A stretch of 64,000 nt of DNA from a virus (IMGVR_UViG_3300021400_000369:1-64000); one strand, 5' to 3'; positions 10,134 through 20,568 are shown, counted from the first letter of the stretch. The notes: generated from the sequence alone by a model not told the origin. Made by a program: numbers and translations.

Positions 10134-10430
10134 TTATCTTCTTCTGTTCCATCTGACATAAAATTTCTCACCGGCTTCTTTAAAAGCGTATTCATATGAA
10201 TCTATGTAGGATTTTTTATTTGGAAAAGCCTTTTCTAAAGCTTCCAAATTATTGTTGAAGAATTGTTTATCATCTTCATTTAATTCATAATCTTTGTTCG
10301 GTTTCATAGGTTCATCATAACGCATTTGAATCAATGGTTCGATGAACGCTTCATCAATAACACTTGATCCTATTTTAATAATTGCTTTCTTATTTTCATC
10401 TTTAAAAGTTATGTTCTGATGTAAATACAT
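10134..10430 (-). CDS. Hypothetical protein
   Basis: Start corrected to MYLHQN downstream of repeat A. Confidence 0.65.
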   Translation of the reverse strand: MYLHQNITFKDENKKAIIKIGSSVIDEAFIEPLIQMRYDEPMKPNKDYELNEDDKQFFNNNLEALEKAFPNKKSYIDSYEYAFKEAGEKFYVRWNRRR

Positions 10431-10541
10431 ATTATCACTTAATATTTTTTTGAGGCTTTTAGCGACATCCTCCAGGTCGAAAAATTCGTACAAATATCAA
10501 CAAACGAACACATCAACAAATACGCATTCGTTTGGTTACAA

Positions 10542-10736
10542 TTATTCTAATCCATTCCAATCCATGTAATGGGCTCTACGGTATTCATAATCTCTAATGT
10601 TCCGTTCAGCGATTGCTCTTTTGTATTCAGAATCTCTCGGTCCGTTGTCACACACACCGCATGTTCCGTACTCGCATTTCTCACATAACTTTGGGTTATG
10701 GTGCTCATTGTTTCCCCAGGTTTCATATTCTGTCAT
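10542..10736 (-). CDS. Small putative zinc-finger protein
   Basis: CEKC...CGVC, preceded by a family B element. Confidence 0.65.
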   Translation of the reverse strand: MTEYETWGNNEHHNPKLCEKCEYGTCGVCDNGPRDSEYKRAIAERNIRDYEYRRAHYMDWNGLE

Positions 10737-10810
10737 GATATCACTATTTTTTGTTTTTTATTATTGCATTTTTGATATGGGAGAATGCTAACTCCCAATA
10801 GTTCGACAGT

Positions 10811-12004
10811 CTAAATCATACGTGCGAGACACATAAGTTCTTTGTGGGATCGTTTGTTTAATATTCCTTCAAGATTTTTTATTGTCTCCTCGGTGATTCC
10901 ATTCTGATCTCTTGAGATGACAAGCATGATTCCGCTTAAATTAGAACTCAACCATTCATGAATTTGTTCCATGGCATATTCTTGGTCTTCTTCAAGTACT
11001 TCCAAAACATGGTCAATCGCCCATTCTCTGAATGTTTTCAGAATCTTGTCATATATTTCAGGGAACACCTCATTCCATATAATATTACGTAATTGGTCTT
11101 CTGTTAATTTTTCGAGAGCTGTACCATATAAGTCGTACTCATCATTAATCATTTCTACAATCTTATCCATTTCTTTTGTCTCATCCATTTTATCACCTAA
11201 ATCTAGTTTTAAATCATCAAACATTTCTGATATCTCATCAGCATCTTTTTCTTCATAACCATGTCCTTCAATACCCCAACTTGAGCTTGCGTAGAAATGG
11301 TTAAGATATTCTTTGAAAGTCATTGATTGAGGTATTGTATCATCTATATAGTCAGGATTTTTCATTTTTCCATAGTCATAGATTTTATTGTTTGAAATTT
11401 TCGCAACTCGATCAAATCCTGATATCTCATTATCAAATTTCAATAATTTTTTAATATTTTCTTCTGTGAGAGGTATTTTTTCAACTGTGTCGTAAATTCT
11501 GACATGTAATTCATGTCTTTTTCTTGTTTCTTCTTCCTTTTCCTTTTCAAAGACTGATTGGATTGGGGTTAAATCGTATCCCATCCAATGCTCCCAGCCA
11601 TTGTCTCCATCATCTTCTAAGCCGTTATCATCAATATCAATGGTAAAATATTTCAACTGTGGCTTTAATTCTCTTAGGTTTTCCAGTAATACTTCTTCCA
11701 ATACACATGCCTTGCCCATTTCGTATTCTTTTGGGTATCTAACATAGTCGCCTTTACGGTTCATTCTTGAACATGTTGATATGCTCAACCCAAGAGTGAT
11801 TTTATCGGTCTCGAAATCTTCAAAAACATCCAACTCATGAGGATAGAGTGGACCATCAATTTCAAATTTCTTTCCGTTCTTTATTCCATCTGAGATTTTC
11901 CAAGAGTCATCAAGAGGAAATGGACATGTGTCTTTGATGCATTGAATGGTTGAGTTTACATTTTCGATTTCTTTAATACTGTTTTTTGTCATTTTCATTT
12001 TCAT
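10811..12004 (-). CDS. Hypothetical protein (acidic, possibly a fusion of modules)
   Basis: 397 aa, RBS GAGGTGA; an internal GGTGATAAAATG at MDETKE suggests a fused former gene. Confidence 0.75.
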   Translation of the reverse strand: MKMKMTKNSIKEIENVNSTIQCIKDTCPFPLDDSWKISDGIKNGKKFEIDGPLYPHELDVFEDFETDKITLGLSISTCSRMNRKGDYVRYPKEYEMGKACVLEEVLLENLRELKPQLKYFTIDIDDNGLEDDGDNGWEHWMGYDLTPIQSVFEKEKEEETRKRHELHVRIYDTVEKIPLTEENIKKLLKFDNEISGFDRVAKISNNKIYDYGKMKNPDYIDDTIPQSMTFKEYLNHFYASSSWGIEGHGYEEKDADEISEMFDDLKLDLGDKMDETKEMDKIVEMINDEYDLYGTALEKLTEDQLRNIIWNEVFPEIYDKILKTFREWAIDHVLEVLEEDQEYAMEQIHEWLSSNLSGIMLVISRDQNGITEETIKNLEGILNKRSHKELMCLARMI

Positions 12005-12017
12005 TTTTTCACCTCAT

Positions 12018-12278
12018 TTATGAGAAATAAACCATATAGGTTTTTCCTTCTTCAATTTCTTCTTCAAGACATTTTATTAAAAATTCTATTAAAGGATTTT
12101 CAGAATATTGTCTTAAAAATTCTATTAACTCTTTCATCACATCGGAAGAATAAAAGTATCTCTTACATTCTTCTATTTCACCAAACTGTGAGAAGAATTT
12201 ATAAAATTCTTCTCTTTGACTGTAATTTATAATTTCAACGGCGTATTCTCCTTTTTCAATAGTTATTCCATAACTCAT
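12018..12278 (-). CDS. Hypothetical protein
   Basis: Start corrected to MSYGITI (RBS GGTGATAAT). Confidence 0.7.
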   Translation of the reverse strand: MSYGITIEKGEYAVEIINYSQREEFYKFFSQFGEIEECKRYFYSSDVMKELIEFLRQYSENPLIEFLIKCLEEEIEEGKTYMVYFS

Positions 12279-12289
12279 ATTATCACCAT

Positions 12290-12703
12290 TTACCAAATTT
12301 CACCAAGCATTGTAAGAAAAACTTCTTCGGGATAGGAGTCAAACTCACTTCTTGAATGATAATGATTTATTTTTTTAATATTTTTTGTCAATGTTTTTAA
12401 AAGTTCTAAATCTTCTTCGGACATATTGTTAATGCTCAACTGCCAAGTTCGATAAGGATTGTATCCTCCAATATCATCTCTTATGAATAATATACCTTCT
12501 CTCGGATCATCAGCATTGATTATCAATCCCAACTCACTTTTATATTGGGGATTTTTTTCTATATGATCCCTAACTTTTATGAAGATTTCTTCAGCTCTTC
12601 TTATGTTTTTCTCCTGATATAATTCAATCTCTTCTTTTACAATTTTTAATTCTTTTTCTAACTGTCTTTCTTTGTCTTTTAAGATTTTAATTTTCATAGT
12701 CAT
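12290..12703 (-). CDS. Hypothetical protein with N-terminal coiled coil
   Basis: Start corrected to MTMKIK downstream of repeat A. Confidence 0.7.
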   Translation of the reverse strand: MTMKIKILKDKERQLEKELKIVKEEIELYQEKNIRRAEEIFIKVRDHIEKNPQYKSELGLIINADDPREGILFIRDDIGGYNPYRTWQLSINNMSEEDLELLKTLTKNIKKINHYHSRSEFDSYPEEVFLTMLGEIW

Positions 12704-12805
12704 TTTATCACCATTTTTTTGTTTTTTTGAGGCTTTTAGCGACATCCTCCAGGTCGAAATAAAATTCGTATAAAATCTAATAAACGAACACAAACACAAA
12801 TACGT

Positions 12806-13444
12806 TTATTCGTCTTCATGTTGCATTTCACGTAATTTATTGAACAATTCACTCAGGCTTTCCTGATTGTGAATGGCTGATTTTTCAATATCATTCAACA
12901 ATTTTATATCTGCTTCGGAAATGTATTTATTTCCTGATTTGTCGTTTATCCAAGCTGTTTTGATTCCATATGCTTGAAGTTCTATGCTTTTTATAGCAAA
13001 ATACAGGGATCTTACATCCCATTTCAGTTGGACTATGTTGTCCAATCCTTTCTCTTCTTTCTTCTTATCCTCTTTATATGTTATTTTAACTGACATACTA
13101 TCTTCCTCTTCACAGAATTTAACTTCTAAATTATTATCCATTTCTTCAATTAGTTTTCCTGCATCATGAACATCTTCTTTGAAGTTTTCACCTTTCTCCA
13201 GATAATCGTGCAACTCAAACTCAATCTCGGGAATATCATCATCTACGAGCATACTATACACTTCAATATCTTTGAAATCTTCAATGGTCTTCTTGATTTC
13301 ATCCTGAAACGCTTCTGCTTGAATGTCACCATAATCACATTTGTCTTTAACTTCTGTGTTATGGTATATGCAATTCATGCATAAGTATTTTCTTTCACAT
13401 TCAGTAAAATTTTCTTTTAGACAAAGTTTACTATAATTCTTCAT
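12806..13444 (-). CDS. Hypothetical protein with N-terminal Cys cluster
   Basis: 212 aa, RBS GGTGG. Confidence 0.7.
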   Translation of the reverse strand: MKNYSKLCLKENFTECERKYLCMNCIYHNTEVKDKCDYGDIQAEAFQDEIKKTIEDFKDIEVYSMLVDDDIPEIEFELHDYLEKGENFKEDVHDAGKLIEEMDNNLEVKFCEEEDSMSVKITYKEDKKKEEKGLDNIVQLKWDVRSLYFAIKSIELQAYGIKTAWINDKSGNKYISEADIKLLNDIEKSAIHNQESLSELFNKLREMQHEDE

Positions 13445-13456
13445 AATACCACCTTC

Positions 13457-13618
13457 TTATTTTTCAACAATTTCTCCATTATCATATACTCTGTAAATGG
13501 ATACATCTCCACCTTGTGTAGTGACGAATTGCACATAATCACAACAAGTGCTTATGTCAAGTATTCTTTCAGCTCCAGTTTCCGCAAATAATATTTTTTT
13601 CGCTTTCTCGATTTTCAT
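13457..13618 (-). CDS. Small hypothetical protein (53 aa)
   Basis: MKIEKAKKILFAETG...NGEIVEK*, RBS GGTGAT, preceded by a family B element; not in the ORF track. Confidence 0.65.
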   Translation of the reverse strand: MKIEKAKKILFAETGAERILDISTCCDYVQFVTTQGGDVSIYRVYDNGEIVEK

Positions 13619-13691
13619 AATATCACCATTTTATTTTTTGTTATTGTATTTTTGATAAGGGAGAATACTAACTCCCAATCGTTCGACGGTC

Positions 13692-14057
13692 TTATTCAAA
13701 TTCTTTTTTCAAAAGCATAACTGAATTTCTAATTGAATCCATATAAGGATCCTGATTACATATTTCATCAGTCACACTTTCATTAATCTGATAAGCGTAT
13801 TCCTTTAACGCTTTTACATAGATTTCTGGAACATCTTCAGGTTTTGGTCTAAGAGGGATATCTTCCTTTTTCGGAGGAATTTGATTTCCTTGAAGATATT
13901 CTGTGATTGTGTAACAATCGTCATATCTTCTATTCCAAACTTCAATATTCAGGTTTAGGAGGTTCATAAACAATACATTATAATCTCCTAATGTAAATCT
14001 ATTAATTAGAGTAGCTACTAATTGGATACTCTCTATATTACATATATACATACTCAT
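13692..14057 (-). CDS. Hypothetical protein
   Basis: Start at MSMYIC, RBS GAGGTGAT. Confidence 0.7.
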   Translation of the reverse strand: MSMYICNIESIQLVATLINRFTLGDYNVLFMNLLNLNIEVWNRRYDDCYTITEYLQGNQIPPKKEDIPLRPKPEDVPEIYVKALKEYAYQINESVTDEICNQDPYMDSIRNSVMLLKKEFE

Positions 14058-14067
14058 TTTTATCACC

Positions 14068-14331
14068 TCATTCGGTGTATCCTTCTTCTATCAGATATTC
14101 TTCAAATTCTTCAGGAATATCCACATGGATATCTCCTGAGCTGTCTTCGCTAATGTGGAGATTCGCATCCCACAACATTTGCTTAATTGGTTCTTTCTTT
14201 TCTCGGTTGTCGTAATCAAATTCGATGAGCACCACCGGGGTTGGGAAGGCGGATGTTTCAACATAACATCTTACATCATTCTCAGCACCGAAGTCTTCGC
14301 ATAATTGATTCAATCTTTCGTAGTCTTCCAT
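14068..14331 (-). CDS. Hypothetical protein (acidic)
   Basis: Start corrected to MEDYERL, preceded by repeat A. Confidence 0.7.
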   Translation of the reverse strand: MEDYERLNQLCEDFGAENDVRCYVETSAFPTPVVLIEFDYDNREKKEPIKQMLWDANLHISEDSSGDIHVDIPEEFEEYLIEEGYTE

Positions 14332-14397
14332 GTTTATCACCATATTTTTTTGTTTTTTATTGAGGCTTTTAACGACGTCCTCCAGGTCGAAACAATT

Positions 14398-14868
14398 TTA
14401 TTTAATAAAAAAGTGTAATATATCTATTCGACCTCTTTCTTCTGAGTGGAAGTCAAGCATAAGATTCATTTGATCTCCTTCACAGATTTTTTCTTCTCTC
14501 ATTTTTTGAACGACCTTGAAAATATTACCTGTTTTCGGATTTCCGGTTATTTCAATCTTCTTATCCTTTTTTGTTATTGCAATGTCAGGATAATCATATG
14601 ACAACTTTTGTATCTTTTGAATCATGTTTTCTCTTTCCTTTTCTTTTTCCAGATTTTTTATCTTTGCTCCTTGTTGTAATAAAGTAGTCAATTCCTCTAA
14701 CCCTATCCAATCAGCGATATCATAATAGAACCATTCTCCAACGGCATTGTCTTCTGTTTCTAATATCGCTTCATAGTTTTTTTCTATGATTTCCAATAGT
14801 TTTTCTGTTGCAATGTTCATTCTCTTTTGGATGCCTTCTTTAACTTCTTCTAATGTCTTCTTTTCCAT
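14398..14868 (-). CDS. Hypothetical protein
   Basis: 156 aa, RBS GGTGAT, preceded by repeat A. Confidence 0.7.
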   Translation of the reverse strand: MEKKTLEEVKEGIQKRMNIATEKLLEIIEKNYEAILETEDNAVGEWFYYDIADWIGLEELTTLLQQGAKIKNLEKEKERENMIQKIQKLSYDYPDIAITKKDKKIEITGNPKTGNIFKVVQKMREEKICEGDQMNLMLDFHSEERGRIDILHFFIK

Positions 14869-14927
14869 ATTATCACCTAATGTTTTTTTGAGGCTTTTAA
14901 TGACGTCCTCCAGGTCATATTCAACTG

Positions 14928-15290
14928 TTATAATTTGTCAATCGCTTTACTGATTAATTCAAATTCCATGTCAATCATGATAAGTTCTTGTTCTAGTTCA
15001 AAAATTTCCTCACTTTTCTTGTCTTCACCTGTTTCCTTGTTTGTGTATTTTTGATCTTCTTTTATGAGTGATTTTGTTTTGGCATCTGTCATTTTCGCAA
15101 TGCCAAATGTTTCCTCGGTTTCCTGAGAAGTCATTCTTGCAATCTCAATTCGCATTTCCGCCTCCCTATGTTCCTTAGCTCGTTTGAATTTCCTATAAGC
15201 TTTTCGAGCTTCTCCTAATTCCTTTACAATTTTTCTTCTTCTTTTAATTATTCCTAATGTATCTTCAAAGATACTTTCTCTTGATACCAT
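14928..15290 (-). CDS. Hypothetical coiled-coil protein
   Basis: Start at MVSRES, preceded by repeat A. Confidence 0.7.
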   Translation of the reverse strand: MVSRESIFEDTLGIIKRRRKIVKELGEARKAYRKFKRAKEHREAEMRIEIARMTSQETEETFGIAKMTDAKTKSLIKEDQKYTNKETGEDKKSEEIFELEQELIMIDMEFELISKAIDKL

Positions 15291-15357
15291 ATTTTTCACC
15301 ATTTTTATTTTTTTTTTGAGGCTTTTAATGACGTCCTCCAGGTCATATTCAACAACT

Positions 15358-15570
15358 TTAGTTACTTTTTGGCAATATGATTGTAATCATTTGCTCATTT
15401 GTACCTAATATATCATCAAATGAACCATCATTGATGATATTTTTTTCATCAATAGTTTTGTATTGTGCATCAGGATCATATGAATCCATTACTGTAATTT
15501 CTCCATTTTCATTATTCTCATACACTTCAATAGCATATATTTTTTCATTTGCTTTTATTTTTAATATCAT
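15358..15570 (-). CDS. Small hypothetical protein
   Basis: 70 aa, RBS AGTGAT. Confidence 0.6.
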   Translation of the reverse strand: MILKIKANEKIYAIEVYENNENGEITVMDSYDPDAQYKTIDEKNIINDGSFDDILGTNEQMITIILPKSN

Positions 15571-15605
15571 TTTATCACTTTAGATATAATTTTCAATATT
15601 ACTTT

Positions 15606-16073
15606 TTACTCCTGTTTGAAATCATTCCAACAGGAAACGCTGATATAATCTCTGATATCAGCTGAATTATTTAACATCTCATTTTCGTCATAATAATTCT
15701 GCATACGTTCGCGGCCTTTTTTATTGAGGCGTATTATCTGCAGAGTTTCTTTGCCGTCATGATGAGAACATTCCATCATCAGATGGTTGTGTTTTTCAAC
15801 ATAAAATCTGACAATGTCAGCAGCTCTCATTCCCCAATCCAGGATTTCTCTCATATTAGAGAAGAACTCTGTCATACGACCTCGGTTATCAGATCCAAGA
15901 CCATACAAATTCATACTTCCAACACACAAGCCCGCATACTTGTGTTCATTTTCCTCAAAGATGTTATTGAAATTCTCAAGGATGATGTCATACAGACTAT
16001 CAATATCCATCTTTTCAATTGTTTCCTCATCAAACATGTCATAGACATAATTTGACCATAATAATTTCTTCAT
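15606..16073 (-). CDS. Hypothetical protein
   Basis: RBS GGAGG; start at 16073 or 16082. Confidence 0.7.
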   Translation of the reverse strand: MKKLLWSNYVYDMFDEETIEKMDIDSLYDIILENFNNIFEENEHKYAGLCVGSMNLYGLGSDNRGRMTEFFSNMREILDWGMRAADIVRFYVEKHNHLMMECSHHDGKETLQIIRLNKKGRERMQNYYDENEMLNNSADIRDYISVSCWNDFKQE

Positions 16074-16090
16074 CTTATTCATCCTCCATA

Positions 16091-16627
16091 TTATTCTATT
16101 TCATTAAGAATGTTTGTTAGGTCTTCATGAAACTTGATTGTCTTGCAACAAGATTTCTTTTTCGCCCATTCCTTGGCTTTTTGTGTTCGGATGTCTATAT
16201 AATGAAGACGATCATGAACTACTTCAACCCCATTGATTTCCCTAATCATTCTTCTAACGTCAGATTCAACCTTTCCAATGTTAATATGAATATAAGAGTT
16301 AAGACCTTCTTGATATAAGGTTACTCTTTCTATATAACTTAAATTTGCCTCTCTTAAGTCTCTTTCAACGTCTTCATATGTTTGTTGGTTTAAGGCATCT
16401 TTGAGTCTTTCATTGTTTATAAATACCGCTTTGGTGGAGTAAACAAATCCATACCAATTTTCATTGTTTTGTAATATTTTGGTTATCAATTCTTCCTTTA
16501 CGTATTTTTCAAAATCGTTTTCCCCACAATCCCAATAAATGACAATATGGTCTTTTTCAATTTTTCCTCTGACGTATTTCTTTGCTCCTAATTTTCTTAT
16601 TACGGTTTTAAGTTGGTCAAACTTCAT
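16091..16627 (-). CDS. Hypothetical protein, paralog of 19591-20148
   Basis: Shared MKFDQ...T.KAKEW.KKK..CK.IKF.ED...IL.E.E. Confidence 0.75.
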   Translation of the reverse strand: MKFDQLKTVIRKLGAKKYVRGKIEKDHIVIYWDCGENDFEKYVKEELITKILQNNENWYGFVYSTKAVFINNERLKDALNQQTYEDVERDLREANLSYIERVTLYQEGLNSYIHINIGKVESDVRRMIREINGVEVVHDRLHYIDIRTQKAKEWAKKKSCCKTIKFHEDLTNILNEIE

Positions 16628-16694
16628 TTAATCTACCTCATTTTTATTTTTTTTTGAGGCTTTTAACGACATCCTCAGGTCGTATTCAACAATC

Positions 16695-17216
16695 TTATTC
16701 CCAGTCGAAACCAGCTGGTTTCCAATATACTGAGTCAACTTTCACATCTCTCACATTTGTGAGGATTGTTTTTGATGCGGCACGATTTGGATAATCATGT
16801 TGCATAAAGATGAATACATTTTTTGTAATCCTGCTGATTTTTCTGACATCAGGCATAAACACTCTGTCATCACAACCATCGTTTACAATGACATTGTTGT
16901 GTCTGCCTGCTCTCAAAAGAACAATATCGTTCTCCATCACATCCTGTGTGATGTTTAGATTTGTTTTTTCGTGAACTGTCTTTACCTTCATTTCCTCAAC
17001 ATTTGTTACATTGCGGATACTAATATGTCCTCCACATTTTTCATTAGAATCGTTCACGGGATGAATCTCCCCTGTGACTTTTCCTTGATATGTATCTAAA
17101 TTAATCGCATCCGCTTTTACACAGATGTTGTTAATTTTGATATATTTTGGCTCAAAGACAACGTCTTTGGCATTTAGTTCACCTTTTTTTATTTTTTTAA
17201 GATATTTTTTTATCAT
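16695..17216 (-). CDS. Hypothetical protein
   Basis: Start corrected to MIKKYL, preceded by repeat A. Confidence 0.7.
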   Translation of the reverse strand: MIKKYLKKIKKGELNAKDVVFEPKYIKINNICVKADAINLDTYQGKVTGEIHPVNDSNEKCGGHISIRNVTNVEEMKVKTVHEKTNLNITQDVMENDIVLLRAGRHNNVIVNDGCDDRVFMPDVRKISRITKNVFIFMQHDYPNRAASKTILTNVRDVKVDSVYWKPAGFDWE

Positions 17217-17337
17217 AGTATCTACCTCATATGTTTTGTTTTTTTTTGAGGCTTTTAGCGACTTCCTCCAGGTCGTTGAAAAATTTCGTATAAAAACGAC
17301 CAAACGAACACAACAAAGAATACGTACTTATTGGTTA

Positions 17338-17934
17338 TTATTTTCTAAAGAGTTCATCAAACTCCGCAATTTTTTTATCTGTTTGACATCTGTGCTTACA
17401 TCTTTCTTTTTCGTTAATGCTTTCTTTGCTGATTTCTACCCATCCCAACCAATTATAGTCTTCATAACTGAAGTCTTCAACAGTAACCTCTCCTTCTATG
17501 TTACATATTTTATCTATTACATAGTTTGCAACATCTAAATATCCATTATTGCCATTGAAGACAATTTTTAATTTTGTCTCAATTCCTTTTCTTTTTCTTT
17601 CTATTTCACCCCTTTTTATCCATGTATTGTCTTCTAAGATTTCTAAGATTTCTTCATATGTTTTTGCTTCAATAAGCACTTTTATGAGATTATCTAAATG
17701 GATTTTAGGGATCCATCTTTCATCTTTGACGTGATAAGCGTCTGTTAATACCAATTCATTATTGAATGTGTTTTTTATATATTTTTTGAAATCTTGATTC
17801 TGTTCTTTATCAAGCCATTTCTGTCCTTCAACCTGTGCAAAATGCCATCTAAAGAAATTTCGATCTTCAATTATCTCTATAGTACCTAATTCCTTTACCT
17901 TTTCTTTAAATTCTTCAATAGTCATTTTTATCAT
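17338..17934 (-). CDS. Hypothetical protein, paralog of 18786-19328
   Basis: Shared MIKMTIEEFKEKV, LTDAY, WIPK and RC.HRC.TDK.IA.FDE. Confidence 0.75.
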   Translation of the reverse strand: MIKMTIEEFKEKVKELGTIEIIEDRNFFRWHFAQVEGQKWLDKEQNQDFKKYIKNTFNNELVLTDAYHVKDERWIPKIHLDNLIKVLIEAKTYEEILEILEDNTWIKRGEIERKRKGIETKLKIVFNGNNGYLDVANYVIDKICNIEGEVTVEDFSYEDYNWLGWVEISKESINEKERCKHRCQTDKKIAEFDELFRK

Positions 17935-18007
17935 AATATCACCATTTTTTTATTTTCTTTTGAGGCTTTTAGCGACATCCTCCAGGTCGAAACAGTTCGT
18001 ATAAAAT

Positions 18008-18718
18008 TTATTCTTTTTCATTTCCTATGTTGTTGAATGCTTCAATGATAAATTCTGATTCTCCACATTCATCATAATAGTCTTTGATTCTTTGTTTCAA
18101 ATTTTTGCAGAATTCATCACTTGATTGGGCTTTGAAGTCGGTTAAGTCCATGTTGTGGATTATGACAATTTTACCAAACGCTTCAAATACTTGATGTTTG
18201 AATTCATCAGCTTTGTTTAGGGCGCAGAGTTTTTTGTATCCCACGCATAGTTCTTCGATCAGATCGGCATCATCCAAACAGTCATCGATTTTATTCAGGA
18301 CTTGTTTGACTTTGAAATCCTTCCATTTCTGATCATCTTCGGTTTTGAGATTCTTCAATGTAGGAATTCTCATGTTCCTGACATCTTCATTTTCAATCAG
18401 GAATACAACTTCTGGCTTGTATAAGTCAAAGCCGTATAGTTTATTCATAATCATCCAAATATCTGATAATACCGGATATTCTTCTCCAAAACTGTTTCTA
18501 CATTCTTCTCTGGCTTTTGAATACATTTCTTGGAACTCTTCCTGGGTGAAGAGTTTTTTATGTGTGAAGATCGCGTAATTGATTACACATTCTGAGATGT
18601 TTTCTTCCAAGTACACACCATAGGTGTGCATCTCTTCTTCACTATTCAGCAGTTTTTTCAAGCATTTTTTACCACATTCATCTAAATTGTTATAGATTTT
18701 GTATACATTGTTTTCCAT
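18008..18718 (-). CDS. Hypothetical protein
   Basis: Start corrected to MENNVY, preceded by repeat A. Confidence 0.7.
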   Translation of the reverse strand: MENNVYKIYNNLDECGKKCLKKLLNSEEEMHTYGVYLEENISECVINYAIFTHKKLFTQEEFQEMYSKAREECRNSFGEEYPVLSDIWMIMNKLYGFDLYKPEVVFLIENEDVRNMRIPTLKNLKTEDDQKWKDFKVKQVLNKIDDCLDDADLIEELCVGYKKLCALNKADEFKHQVFEAFGKIVIIHNMDLTDFKAQSSDEFCKNLKQRIKDYYDECGESEFIIEAFNNIGNEKE

Positions 18719-18785
18719 ATTATCACCTAATATTTGTTTGAGGCTTTTAGCGACATCCTCCAGGTCGAAACAGTTCGTATAAAAA

Positions 18786-19328
18786 CTATAAGTCAAATAT
18801 CTCATCGAATTTAGCTATCGCCTTATCTGTTTCACATCGGTGTCGACATCTGACTTTTTCATCAATATCTTTTTTACTGATTACGAGTTCGAGTCTGTAA
18901 ATTTCTACATCAATGTTTTCATTTTCTTCGAGTACACCTGCTACACATCTTTTTGCTGTTAATGCTATATCACTCCTTTCAAAATGAATTTTTGCTTGTT
19001 GAAAGATATCGTCTTTCTTTTTAATCTCAGTTTCTCTTATAAATGGTGACTGAGGGTTTATTTCTTCATAACTCTCAGCACGTATAATGTGCTGTACGAT
19101 TCTTTCGATTTCTGTTTTTGGAATCCATACATTACATTTATTAGGTTCGTCCACTAAATACGCATCTGTTAAAATTAGGTTGTAACTTAATTGTTCAACT
19201 ATGTAGTCCTTTAAATCTTTGTTCTGGCCTTTTGCTTGCCAGAAATAATATCCATTTCTTTTTATAAATGCCAGATTGTCTGTCTTTTCTACTTTTTCTT
19301 TGAACTCTTCTATTGTCATTTTTATCAT
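18786..19328 (-). CDS. Hypothetical protein, paralog of 17338-17934
   Basis: Motifs shared with the paralog; preceded by repeat A. Confidence 0.75.
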   Translation of the reverse strand: MIKMTIEEFKEKVEKTDNLAFIKRNGYYFWQAKGQNKDLKDYIVEQLSYNLILTDAYLVDEPNKCNVWIPKTEIERIVQHIIRAESYEEINPQSPFIRETEIKKKDDIFQQAKIHFERSDIALTAKRCVAGVLEENENIDVEIYRLELVISKKDIDEKVRCRHRCETDKAIAKFDEIFDL

Positions 19329-19394
19329 ACTATCACTATTCTTTTTGTTTTTTGTTGAGGCTTTTACCGACTTCCTCCAGGTCGTGTTCGACGG

Positions 19395-19589
19395 TTATTT
19401 GAAGGTCACTTCAAGGCGGCCTTCGTTGTACTCATGAGAAAAGAAAATCCCATTAAGATCTAAGTCATTAAGGAGAAGTTCCTTTTCCTCGTCATCTATA
19501 TGGCAGACCAGGGATCCGCCATTAATCGCATAAGCACCTGTGTAGTGCTTAACAATTTCATCAATTTTCACAAAGGTTTCAAAATCCAT
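19395..19589 (-). CDS. Small hypothetical protein
   Basis: Start MDFETF, RBS GGTGA. Confidence 0.6.
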   Translation of the reverse strand: MDFETFVKIDEIVKHYTGAYAINGGSLVCHIDDEEKELLLNDLDLNGIFFSHEYNEGRLEVTFK

Positions 19590-19590
19590 C

Positions 19591-20148
19591 TTATTCACCT
19601 TCTTCTACTTCTTTAAGGATTTCATTGAAATCTTCAATGAATTTTATTTCTTTGCAACTCTCTTTTTTCTTCTCCCATTCTTTTGCTTTTTCAGTTGAGA
19701 GGAAGAGGGTATTGGTCAAACGGTCTTTACGGTTTAGTTCTATTCCATCCATCCCTTCTATAGCGTCTTTTACCATATTATATACATAATGGTCCCTAAA
19801 ATACATACCAATACATTTATCACTAACATCAGTGATTGAATCTGTTACATAATCGACTTCTCCCTTGTCAAATGCTGCTGTCATCTCTCCATATGTTGGA
19901 AGTTCCAACACCTGTTTCAGTTTTGTTACATTACAACAGATTAAAACGACTCCATCATTTTGTCTAACACATTCTTCTTCAATGTTTCTCATCACATCAT
20001 ATATTTTTGTACGAATTACACTTCTAAGGGAATCCCCCTTAGCTTTTGGGTTAATGTACATATAATCTTTGTCAATTCTTGAGTTCTCGGATACATATCC
20101 TTGTTCTTGTAATTTCTTCATTATTTTTGTTGCTTGGTCAAACTTCAT
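19591..20148 (-). CDS. Hypothetical protein, paralog of 16091-16627
   Basis: Start corrected to MKFDQATK, preceded by repeat A. Confidence 0.75.
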   Translation of the reverse strand: MKFDQATKIMKKLQEQGYVSENSRIDKDYMYINPKAKGDSLRSVIRTKIYDVMRNIEEECVRQNDGVVLICCNVTKLKQVLELPTYGEMTAAFDKGEVDYVTDSITDVSDKCIGMYFRDHYVYNMVKDAIEGMDGIELNRKDRLTNTLFLSTEKAKEWEKKKESCKEIKFIEDFNEILKEVEEGE

Positions 20149-20211
20149 TTTATCACCATTTTTTTTATTTTTTGAGGCTTTTAACGACTTCCTCCAGGTC
20201 GCGTTCACATT

Positions 20212-20499
20212 TTACCAGCAGATATCCTCAGTGTGTTGGTACACTCCACCAACGTAACCGGTATCTCTAAATTTATATCCTTTTTGAATGAGGATATCTC
20301 TTAACTCTGGGACATCCTCATATTTTCCTTTATAAAGGAAAAAGAAACCACCATACTGTGGTTTGCTGGCAAAACAAACTCTGGTTCTACCTTTAGATGC
20401 CGCTTCTCTAATCTCTTCTTCTACACGTTTCAAAGCAGCTTGAATAATTTCTTCTCTACCGTTTTCGTTACTGATTCTTCTTGCTTCACTTGCATCCAT
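20212..20499 (-). CDS. Hypothetical protein
   Basis: 95 aa, RBS GAGGT, preceded by repeat A. Confidence 0.7.
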   Translation of the reverse strand: MDASEARRISNENGREEIIQAALKRVEEEIREAASKGRTRVCFASKPQYGGFFFLYKGKYEDVPELRDILIQKGYKFRDTGYVGGVYQHTEDICW

Positions 20500-20568
20500 T
20501 CTATCTACCTCTTTTTTATTTTTTTTGAGGCTTTTAACGACATCCTCCAGGTCGCATTCAACTGTTAT

